Shown: positions 56,572 through 64,000 of the stretch, piece after piece
How the letters are laid out: every line of letters begins with the position of its first letter
Numbering within the stretch: the stretch's first letter is position 1
Origin: Flavobacteriales bacterium
Lineage (GTDB): Bacteria; Bacteroidota; Bacteroidia; Flavobacteriales_F; PHOS-HE28
Reading direction: 5' to 3'
Assembly (NCBI GenBank): GCA_020635655.1
Contig: JACJZI010000005.1
Coordinates: 74,036-138,035, forward strand
DNA length: 64,000 nt
Notes under the pieces: generated by a model
Told to the model about the DNA's origin: nothing
The model's input: the letters and a program-made list of their open reading frames with translations, nothing else
The model's database searches: none
Position numbers and translations under genes: made by a program

Positions 56572-57546
56572 TTAGAAGATGATCTTCTGGCGGCGGATGC
56601 GGGCGCGGTACTTCTTGCTGCCGCTCTTGTACTTGTAGAGCTTGTGGTGCAGCACGATCTTGAAGAACATGTACGCGTCGTTGTCGCTGCTATCGCCGCG
56701 TTGTTGGCCGGCGGCGGTGGTGATCTCGGTGACGTACGTGCCCTCATGCAGGCTGGGGTCGGCCAGATAGGCGGCAATGGGCCCATGGGCCGCCTCGATC
56801 GCCGAATTGTCGTAGTACACCGTGCTCACATCATCGATGTAGTCCGTGAAGGTCTTGGTGTACTGGAGCTCGAGCCCCACGCTCCAGGCGCGGCTCAGGG
56901 CTTTGCGAACCCCCAGACCCATGGGGATGCAGAACTGGAAGTTGGAGTATTCGGAGGCTCCTCCCGGCAGCCCCTGACCTTCAGTGCCAAGGGGCTTCAA
57001 ACGGACCCATCCGTTGTTGAACCGGGCCCTCGGGTCGAAGTAGAACCCACCGATGCCCACGAACCCGTAAAGACCGATCTTGCTCGCCTTCTGACCCTTC
57101 ACACCGCGGAGGTCGTACACATGGCCCAGCTCCTCCTTGAACGTGTGGATCTCATAGACCACGGAGAACTCGAACACATCGGAACGGAAATGCAGGTTCC
57201 GATTGTGACGGAAGGTCTCTTCCGTCAGGTTGTCATTTCCGGACAGGATCCCATAGGTCAACGTGGTGCGCACCGACTGCTTTTCAAAGGTGTAGTAGCG
57301 CCATCCGAGGCTGACCGCCGGTTTGGTCTGGCTCAGCTCAAGGTCCCAGATGAAGTTGGTGCCGATCTGGTCCCGACCGCCGAGCTCACCCAGGAAGTTG
57401 GAAGCGCCTATCCCGAAATCCAGTTCGTTGCGGTTGGTCTTCCAATAGTTCGATTTGCGGAAGTACTGGGCGTTGACCGGACCGACCGCCATGCCCATCA
57501 GCACGATCCATACGCTCACTATGCGCCATCCTGAACGCTCCTTCAT
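56572..57546 (-). CDS. Outer-membrane beta-barrel protein (DUF6089-like)
   Basis: Signal peptide ...MGMAVGPVNAQ, alternating beta-strand pattern, and a terminal basic/aromatic C-terminus. Start set at MKERSGW; the upstream part of the ORF is rejected. Confidence 0.62.
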   Translation of the reverse strand: MKERSGWRIVSVWIVLMGMAVGPVNAQYFRKSNYWKTNRNELDFGIGASNFLGELGGRDQIGTNFIWDLELSQTKPAVSLGWRYYTFEKQSVRTTLTYGILSGNDNLTEETFRHNRNLHFRSDVFEFSVVYEIHTFKEELGHVYDLRGVKGQKASKIGLYGFVGIGGFYFDPRARFNNGWVRLKPLGTEGQGLPGGASEYSNFQFCIPMGLGVRKALSRAWSVGLELQYTKTFTDYIDDVSTVYYDNSAIEAAHGPIAAYLADPSLHEGTYVTEITTAAGQQRGDSSDNDAYMFFKIVLHHKLYKYKSGSKKYRARIRRQKIIF

Positions 57547-57671
57547 ACCGTTGGGCACGGGGCCATCCAAATATAGCAGGCTTGTCCAAGCGGTCAAGCG
57601 GGCGAAGGTCATCATTGTTCCCCTAAGACCTGTTGACGGTCCCAGGGTTGCCTTTGAACGGAGGAACGCCC

Positions 57672-58223
57672 CTAGGGTTCTGGAGGGCCGAACGCCTGCA
57701 AGGACCACCAAGCGGCGATCCCTGCGCAAACGGAGACGTTCAAGGAGTGCTTTGTGCCGATCTGCGGAACTGTAAGGCAGGAATCGCACGCTTGAACGAC
57801 CGCATCATCCACGCCATGCAGTTCGTTCCCGAGCACCAGCGCGACGGGCACTCCGGATAGGGGCCTCACCTCGTTGAGCGAGAGGGCCAGGGCCGTTTGT
57901 TCGAAAGCCAGTACACGGTATCCTTTCGCCTGCAGGTCGAACACGACATCCAGTGCCGCTGTCCGGTGTGTCCAGGGCACGGAAGCCGTGGCGCCAAGGG
58001 CCGTCTTCTCAATGTCCCGATGTGGAGGGCAGGGGGTGAGGCCGCATAGGACCAGTCGCTCCAGACCGAAAGCATCCGCGGTCCGGAAAATGGAGCCCAC
58101 ATTGTGACGGCTCCGGATATTGTCCAGAATGAACTGGACCGGTCGTTTGACCATTCGGCGATACGTATCCGGGTCGATGCGCCCCAGTTCCTCGTCGCTC
58201 AGTTTCCGATCATTGGCGGGCAT
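57672..58223 (-). CDS. SpoU/TrmH-family RNA 2'-O-methyltransferase
   Basis: HNVGSIFRTADAFG, LVLGNELHGV and IPQ.G...SLNVSV.AGI motifs. Start at MPANDRK. Confidence 0.85.
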   Translation of the reverse strand: MPANDRKLSDEELGRIDPDTYRRMVKRPVQFILDNIRSRHNVGSIFRTADAFGLERLVLCGLTPCPPHRDIEKTALGATASVPWTHRTAALDVVFDLQAKGYRVLAFEQTALALSLNEVRPLSGVPVALVLGNELHGVDDAVVQACDSCLTVPQIGTKHSLNVSVCAGIAAWWSLQAFGPPEP

Positions 58224-58323
58224 GGTGGGAAAATGTTGAAAACGGTGATGGTATGGGGGCCTGTCGGGCCGTAGGTGGGGCCGTACCTTTCCGGGCTTGC
58301 GGGGTGTCTCGCGACAGGACCGG

Positions 58324-60960
58324 ATGAGCAAAGGAAAGAAGATGGAAACACCCCTGATGCGCCAGTACGAGCGCATCAAGGGCCAGTACCCGGACGCGGT
58401 GCTCCTTTTCCGCGTGGGGGATTTCTACGAGACATTCGGGGAGGATGCGAAGGTGGCCGCGGGCGCGCTGGGGATCGTGCTCACCAAGCGGCACAATGGC
58501 TCAGCGGGTGAGGTCGCCCTGGCGGGATTCCCACATCATGCGTTGGAGAACTATCTGCCCAAGCTGGTGCGGGCGGGACATCGCGTGGCCATCTGCGACC
58601 AGCTCGAGGATCCGAAACAAGCCCGGACGGTAGTGCAGCGCGGCGTGACCGAGGTGGTGACCCCGGGAGTGGCCTTCAGTGACCGGGTGCTGGACCACCG
58701 GAGCAACAACTGGTTGGCGGCGATCTGTGTAGGCAAGGGTGGGCGCTATGGCATCGCCTTCCTGGATGTCACCACAGGAGAGTTCCTCATCGGTGAGGAG
58801 GACGCGTCCGAGATCGCCCGCTTCCTGGAGGGTCTTGGTCCCAGTGAACTCCTGCATCCCAAGGGGTCGGGTGATGCCTTCATTGGTGCCTGTACGACAC
58901 AGCGCTATGCCTATGGGTTGGAGGATTGGGCCTTCGCCGAAGAACCTGCACGCGAGCGCTTGCTCAGGCAGTTCGGTACCAGCACGCTCAAGGGGTTCGG
59001 GGTCGATGACCTGGTCCTTGGCCAACGAGCGGCCGGAGCGATCCTGCATTACCTGGGCGACACACGCCATGAACAGCTCGCCCATGTGAACCGGATATCC
59101 CGCCTGTACACCGGGCAGCACCTGGGGCTGGACCGCTTCACGCTGCGGAACCTTGAGGTGGTCGCACCTGTGAACGAAGGTGCCCGAACCCTGCTCAGCG
59201 TCCTGGACCGATGTGTGACACCGATGGGATCACGGTTGATGCGGCGTTGGTTGACCTTCCCCCTTGTGGACACGGCCATCATATCGGATCGGCATGAACG
59301 GGTGGCCGCCTTTTTGGAACTGCCCGAGGTCCGACGCCGGGCAGGAGAGGAATTGGAACGCATCGCCGACCTGGAGCGATCGGCCGGCAAGGCAGCGGTC
59401 GGGCGGATCCAACCCCGGGAAATGCTCCAGGTCCATCACGCGCTCGAAGCGGCCGGACGCCTTGGATCGGTCCTGCGCGAGGCTGGTGGCGCATTGGCCC
59501 ATGCGGGTGCCGAGCTATGTCCCGACCTGGCGCTATCCGAACGCATCGCCCGCACCCTGAGCGACGATCCGCCGGCCACGGTCCAGAAGGGTGGCGTGGT
59601 GCGGGATGGCGTGAGTGCGGAACTCGATGGATCGAGGCACGTGTCCGGTCATGCGAAGGAACTTTTGCTGGACGTGCAGCAACGGGAAGGTGAACGGACG
59701 GGCATCCCCAGTTTGAAGGTCGGCTACAACAATGTGTTCGGCTACTACCTCGAAGTCCGGAACACGCACAAGGCCAAGGTCCCGGCGGATTGGGTGCGGA
59801 AACAGACCCTGGTCAACGCGGAGCGCTATATCACCGATGAGCTGAAAGCACTGGAGGAACGCATCCTCGCCGCCGAGGAACGGATCCAGGCCCTCGAACA
59901 GCAGCTCTTCGACGGGCTGGTGGCGGAGATCAACAAGGCGATCACATCCGTTCAGCATACCGCCATGGTCGCGGCCGAACTGGATGTGCTGCGCAGCTTT
60001 GCCGAACAGGCGGAGCGATGGGGCTATGTCCGACCGGTGTTCACGGAGGACCTTCGGGCGGACATTCGCGATGGCCGGCATCCGGTGATCGAGCAGCAAC
60101 TGCCTCCCGGTACACCCTATGTGGCCAATGATGTTCTCCTCGACCCTGCGGATCGGCAGCTCGTGGTCATCACCGGTCCGAACATGAGCGGAAAATCGGC
60201 CCTTCTGCGACAGACGGCGCTGATCGTACTGATGGCGCAGGCGGGCAGCTTCGTACCGGCATCAGAGGTACGGATCGGTCCGGTCGACCGCATATTCACC
60301 CGGGTGGGTGCCTCCGACAACCTGAGCACCGGAGAAAGCACCTTCATGGTGGAGATGAACGAGACGGCAAGCATCCTGAACAATCTGACGGAACGAAGCC
60401 TGGTGCTCCTGGACGAGATCGGGCGGGGGACCAGCACCTATGACGGCATCTCCATCGCCTGGGCCATCGCCGAATACCTGCACGAACACCCGGCACGGCC
60501 GAAGACCCTCTTTGCCACGCACTACCACGAACTGAACGAAATGGCCGCCTCCTTTCCACGCATCCGCAATGCCAATGTGGCCGTGCGGGAGATCGCTGGG
60601 AGGGTCCTTTTCCTTCGCAAGCTCGTGCCTGGTGGAAGCGACCGCAGCTTCGGGATCCATGTCGCGGAGATGGCCGGCATGCCCCCCCGTGTGCTCGATC
60701 GCGCGCGGAAGGTGCTGGCCCATCTGGAACGGAGCCATGCCGGGGATCTGGGGGACGGGGATGCCCCGCCACGGATCCCTGTGTCCGGAAGGGAATTGCA
60801 GTTGAGCATCTTCCAATTGGACGACCCGACACTGGAACGGGTCCGGGACGAGATCGATGCGCTCGATATCGATACCCTGACGCCGGTGGAGGCCTTGCTT
60901 AAGCTCAATGAGATCAAGCGCCTCGTCCAGGGTGGAAAGACCAAGTTGCGCAAGGCCTGA
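58324..60960 (+). CDS. mutS: DNA mismatch repair protein MutS
   Basis: TPLMRQY...K......LLFRVGDFYE.F..DA, ITGPNMSGKS (Walker A), LLDEIGRGTSTYDG and ATHYHEL. The first ATG is at 58324. Confidence 0.95.
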   Translation: MSKGKKMETPLMRQYERIKGQYPDAVLLFRVGDFYETFGEDAKVAAGALGIVLTKRHNGSAGEVALAGFPHHALENYLPKLVRAGHRVAICDQLEDPKQARTVVQRGVTEVVTPGVAFSDRVLDHRSNNWLAAICVGKGGRYGIAFLDVTTGEFLIGEEDASEIARFLEGLGPSELLHPKGSGDAFIGACTTQRYAYGLEDWAFAEEPARERLLRQFGTSTLKGFGVDDLVLGQRAAGAILHYLGDTRHEQLAHVNRISRLYTGQHLGLDRFTLRNLEVVAPVNEGARTLLSVLDRCVTPMGSRLMRRWLTFPLVDTAIISDRHERVAAFLELPEVRRRAGEELERIADLERSAGKAAVGRIQPREMLQVHHALEAAGRLGSVLREAGGALAHAGAELCPDLALSERIARTLSDDPPATVQKGGVVRDGVSAELDGSRHVSGHAKELLLDVQQREGERTGIPSLKVGYNNVFGYYLEVRNTHKAKVPADWVRKQTLVNAERYITDELKALEERILAAEERIQALEQQLFDGLVAEINKAITSVQHTAMVAAELDVLRSFAEQAERWGYVRPVFTEDLRADIRDGRHPVIEQQLPPGTPYVANDVLLDPADRQLVVITGPNMSGKSALLRQTALIVLMAQAGSFVPASEVRIGPVDRIFTRVGASDNLSTGESTFMVEMNETASILNNLTERSLVLLDEIGRGTSTYDGISIAWAIAEYLHEHPARPKTLFATHYHELNEMAASFPRIRNANVAVREIAGRVLFLRKLVPGGSDRSFGIHVAEMAGMPPRVLDRARKVLAHLERSHAGDLGDGDAPPRIPVSGRELQLSIFQLDDPTLERVRDEIDALDIDTLTPVEALLKLNEIKRLVQGGKTKLRKA

Positions 60961-60985
60961 CCCGATCCCCGGATCGGTCCTTTGC

Positions 60986-60993
60986 TATATTTG
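60986..60993 (+). promoter_or_regulatory. Putative -7 promoter box TATATTTG upstream of tRNA-Gly
   Basis: Matches TAnnTTTG, 11 nt before the tRNA 5' end. Confidence 0.45.
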
Positions 60994-61003
60994 CAGCCCC
61001 CAA

Positions 61004-61076
<73 letters not shown>

Positions 61077-61082
61077 CGAGAG

Positions 61083-61107
61083 AAGGTGGTCGAAAGGCCA
61101 CCTTTTT
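61083..61107 (+). terminator. Hairpin with a GAAA tetraloop and T-tract after tRNA-Gly
   Basis: AAGGTGGTC-GAAA-GGCCACCTT followed by TTTCC. Confidence 0.6.
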
Positions 61108-61219
61108 CCTTTCAAGGGCAGCTGATGAAGGTCCGGATACGGGTCGGTGGGGATCGACAGGTTCGCTTTACGGTCCGCAGTTCGCACGCATGGACCGAAC
61201 ATCCCAACTTTGCCACCAC

Positions 61220-61304
61220 GCCCGGGTGGTGGAATGGTAGACACGAGGGACTTAAAATCCCTTGGTCCGCAAGGGCCGTGCGGGTTCAAGTCCCGCCCCG
61301 GGCA
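61220..61304 (+). tRNA. tRNA-Leu (anticodon TAA), class II
   Basis: Hand-folded: acceptor GCCCGGG/CCCGGGC, anticodon stem AGGGA/TCCCT with loop CTTAAAA, long variable arm, T-arm GCGGG-TTCAAGT-CCCGC. Confidence 0.9.
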
Positions 61305-61309
61305 CCGCA

Positions 61310-62185
61310 GTGAACGGATCTCGAGCCGATGCCGCACCTGGCCCGCGTGGCCGGATCGCACCCACGCCCAGTGGTTATCTGCACGCGGGCAATGCGTTCA
61401 ACTTCCTGCTCACGGAGCGGTTGGTGCGCCATCTGGGCGGCCATCTGCTGCTTCGCATCGATGACCTGGATGTCGGGCGCATGCGACCGGAGTTCGTCGA
61501 GGACATATTCCGATCCCTGGAATGGCTTGGGATCGCATGGGACGATGGTCCCTCGGGACCGGATGCGTTGGAACGCGTCTGGTCTCAACGCCACCGATCG
61601 CCGCAGTACCGCAAGTGCCTGTCCGAACTGCGCGAGCGGGGTGCGCTCTATGCTTGCGACCATTCGCGTACCTCCCTGCTCGAGGACCGATCGCCGGGGA
61701 AGCCCTATTGTGCCCATCGGTCGGGTGATCTGCCCTTCGATGCACCTGGTGCGGTCTGGCGCCTTCGGGTACCGGAGGACACCAGGATCGTCATACAACA
61801 GTTCGACAAGGGGGGCGAGGAAGTGGACCTGATGTCCGTGATGCCGGATCCGGTACTGCGCGTGCGTGATGGACGACCGGGCTACCAGATCGCCTCGCTA
61901 TGCGACGACCTGGTGCAGGGCATCGACCTGATCGTCCGGGGGGCGGACCTGCTGCCTTCCAGTGCCTGCCAGACCCATTTGGCGCGCGTTCTCGGCCGAA
62001 CCGCGTTCATGGATGTGCGGTTCGTGCACCATGGATTGATCTTCGGTCAGGACGGGCTCAAACTGAGCAAATCCGCCGGTGCGGACAGCCTCAAGGCGAT
62101 GCGCGAGCGGAATGCCGATCCAACGGTTCTGAAGGCAATGGCGGACAAGAAAGCCATGGAGATATTGGAAGCCCACGGCGATTGA
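61310..62185 (+). CDS. gluQ: Glutamyl-Q tRNA(Asp) synthetase-like (truncated GluRS catalytic-domain family)
   Basis: GRIAPTPSGYLHAGN (HIGH-like), LLLRIDDLD, IVRGADLL and LKLSKS (KMSKS-like), collinear with E. coli YadB as I recall it. There is no in-frame ATG, so the start is provisionally the GTG at 61310, 6 nt after the tRNA. Confidence 0.72.
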   Translation: MNGSRADAAPGPRGRIAPTPSGYLHAGNAFNFLLTERLVRHLGGHLLLRIDDLDVGRMRPEFVEDIFRSLEWLGIAWDDGPSGPDALERVWSQRHRSPQYRKCLSELRERGALYACDHSRTSLLEDRSPGKPYCAHRSGDLPFDAPGAVWRLRVPEDTRIVIQQFDKGGEEVDLMSVMPDPVLRVRDGRPGYQIASLCDDLVQGIDLIVRGADLLPSSACQTHLARVLGRTAFMDVRFVHHGLIFGQDGLKLSKSAGADSLKAMRERNADPTVLKAMADKKAMEILEAHGD

Positions 62186-62189
62186 TGCA

Positions 62190-63320
62190 TCACCCGCCGA
62201 ACATCTCGCGTACCTTCTCAAAGAACCCCCGGTCCTTAGATGAGGGCTTTGGTTGAAGACCGGGACTGTTGCGCAGCTTCTCCAGAACCGTCCTTTCCTC
62301 CTTGGAAAGGTCGGTGGGCGTCCAGACCATGAGGTGGACGAAAAGATCGCCATGACCACGGCCGTGCACGTCGGGCAGGCCCTTGCCACGCAATCGCATG
62401 GTGCGTCCGCTCTGTGTGCCGGGTTCCACCTTCACCTTGGCCTTGCCATTGATCAGGGGCACCTCGATGGCACAACCCAGGGCCGCATCCGCCACATTGA
62501 GGAACGCCTCGTAGTGGAGATGCATCCCGTCCCGTTTCAATTCCTGGTGGGGTTCTTCTTCGATCACGACGAGCAGGTCACCGGGCACACCGCCGGCCGG
62601 GGCCTCATTGCCCATGCCGCTGATGTTCAGCTGCATACCTTCTTCCACGCCGGCGGGAATGCGCACATCGACGATTCGTTCCTCCCGAACGAGGCCATGT
62701 TCATCGCTTCCGGGCGCCCGTTTGCTCACCGTTCGACCGATGCCACCGCAAGCCGGACACGTGCTCACGGTCTGCATGTGGCCCAGGAAGGTGCTCTGAA
62801 CACGCGTCACCTGGCCGGACCCCTGGCACGTGGAGCAGGTACCGTATTCACTGCCCTTGCCGCGAACGAGCTTGTTGACCTTGATCTTCTTCTCGACACC
62901 CTGGGCCACCTCCTGCAGATCGAGCTTGATGCGCACCCGGAGGTTGCTGCCCTTGACGATCCGCTGGCCGCGCGATGATGCGCGCCCACCGAACCCGCCG
63001 AACGCACCTCCGAACGCATCACCGAAAATGTCGCCAAAGTGGCTGAAGATGTCGTCCATGGACATGCCCCCGCCCTGGAATCCTCCGGCGCCGGCACCCA
63101 TTCCCGCATGTCCGAAACGGTCGTACCTGGCTTTCTTCTCCGGGTCACTGAGGATCTCGTAGGCCTCAGCCGCCTCCTTGAAATGGTCCTCGGCGGCCTT
63201 GTCGCCGGGGTTCTTGTCCGGGTGGTACTTGATGGCCAGTTTACGATAGGCCTTCTTCACCTCCTCGGGGGTGGCCTGGCGATCGACGCCGAGCACCTCG
63301 TATGGGTCGCGCTTGGCCAT
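62190..63320 (-). CDS. dnaJ: Molecular chaperone DnaJ
   Basis: J-domain DPYEVLGV...[16 protein letters not shown] region, and four CxxCxGxG zinc motifs ([16 protein letters not shown] ...). Confidence 0.95.
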   Translation of the reverse strand: MAKRDPYEVLGVDRQATPEEVKKAYRKLAIKYHPDKNPGDKAAEDHFKEAAEAYEILSDPEKKARYDRFGHAGMGAGAGGFQGGGMSMDDIFSHFGDIFGDAFGGAFGGFGGRASSRGQRIVKGSNLRVRIKLDLQEVAQGVEKKIKVNKLVRGKGSEYGTCSTCQGSGQVTRVQSTFLGHMQTVSTCPACGGIGRTVSKRAPGSDEHGLVREERIVDVRIPAGVEEGMQLNISGMGNEAPAGGVPGDLLVVIEEEPHQELKRDGMHLHYEAFLNVADAALGCAIEVPLINGKAKVKVEPGTQSGRTMRLRGKGLPDVHGRGHGDLFVHLMVWTPTDLSKEERTVLEKLRNSPGLQPKPSSKDRGFFEKVREMFGG

Positions 63321-63326
63321 TGGTAC

Positions 63327-63935
63327 CTATTCGCCCACCACCACCTTCGCGAAGCGAAGCACACGGTCGTGCAAGGTGTACCCTTTCTCAAGCACATCGA
63401 TCACCTTTCCCTTCATGGCGTTGGATGGGGCGGGGGCCTTGGTGACCGCTTCGTGGTGGTCGGTATCGAAATCCTTCCCGATCGGATCCTCCATCGATCT
63501 GACACCCTGGGCGCCCAGAATGTGCATGAGCTTGCTCCGCACGAGTTGAAATCCTTCCTTGACCGCGTTGATATCGTCCGTGCTGTCGTTGCTCCGAATG
63601 GCACGGTCCATGTCGTCCAACACGGGAAGCAGGTCCTGAAGGACGTTCTCGCCAGCGAACTGGATCAGCTCCAGTCTTTCCTTGGCCGTCCGCTTCCGGA
63701 AGTTGTCGAACTCTGCGAATAGCCGGACGTATTTGTCGTGCAGCGCGTCGTGCTCGGTCCGTTGGACATCGAGTTCCGCCTTCAGGGCCTCCAATTCCGA
63801 GCCGTCGCTGATGCGCGCATCATCGATCCGGTGGCCGCTTGCCGCCTCGCTGGAAGGGCCCAGGGGATTGTCTTCGCTCTTGGCCAGCGGGCCTTGCTCC
63901 CCGGTCCTGGGAGTGTCGTCAGGTCTGTTGGACAT
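63327..63935 (-). CDS. grpE: Nucleotide exchange factor GrpE
   Basis: Y.RL.AEFDNFRKR, VL.DLLPVLDD..RA and HEAV. The start is either the ATG at 63935 or the one at 63968. Confidence 0.9.
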   Translation of the reverse strand: MSNRPDDTPRTGEQGPLAKSEDNPLGPSSEAASGHRIDDARISDGSELEALKAELDVQRTEHDALHDKYVRLFAEFDNFRKRTAKERLELIQFAGENVLQDLLPVLDDMDRAIRSNDSTDDINAVKEGFQLVRSKLMHILGAQGVRSMEDPIGKDFDTDHHEAVTKAPAPSNAMKGKVIDVLEKGYTLHDRVLRFAKVVVGE

Positions 63936-64000
63936 GGTTTTTTTTCGCGGATTGAACAGTGCTGCCATGCGGTCAAGGGCCGTGCCGATCGCGGCCGGGC

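Noticed and set aside
61262-61309. TTG start of the gluQ-like ORF
   Set aside because: It lies inside the tRNA-Leu(TAA) gene (61220-61304), so the ORF-track start is an artefact of the open frame.

Overview
This is a GC-rich chromosomal segment with strong third-codon-position GC. It most likely comes from a high-GC member of the Bacteroidota/FCB group. Three things support that: several proteins end in type-A T9SS C-terminal sorting domains; TAnnTTTG-type -7 promoter boxes sit in front of tRNAs and genes; and many of the families I recognise are typical of Bacteroidota (DUF2911, DUF3127, bacterial GH3, DUF2797, PorV/PorQ-like, large PIG-L deacetylase). I call about 53 protein-coding genes (one of them a low-confidence micro-ORF) and 3 tRNAs, densely packed with many ATGA/TGATG translational-coupling junctions. 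Most are housekeeping genes: hldD, folE, fabD, greA, ruvC, tig-clpP-clpX, thyA-folA, etfBA, pdhB, hppA, sppA, folK, mutS, grpE-dnaJ. I saw no CRISPR array, transposase, integrase or prophage signature. The best candidate for an undescribed system is the operon at about 5.6-14.6 kb. It encodes an unusually long TonB-dependent-receptor-like barrel, a 1372-aa T9SS-targeted protein with no domain I can name, and a dedicated PorV/PorQ-like barrel, and it is closed by a strong terminator. Secondary candidates are: a GH3 adenylating enzyme coupled to a secreted protein and divergent from DUF2797; a PIG-L deacetylase, micro-ORF and Na+/solute symporter unit downstream of a LytS/LytTR pair, flanked by inverted heptad repeats; a DUF3127 OB-fold protein with an SSB-like DDLPF tip; and a ClC-thyA-folA translationally coupled operon. 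All family assignments come from motif recognition by eye on the supplied translations. No database search was run.
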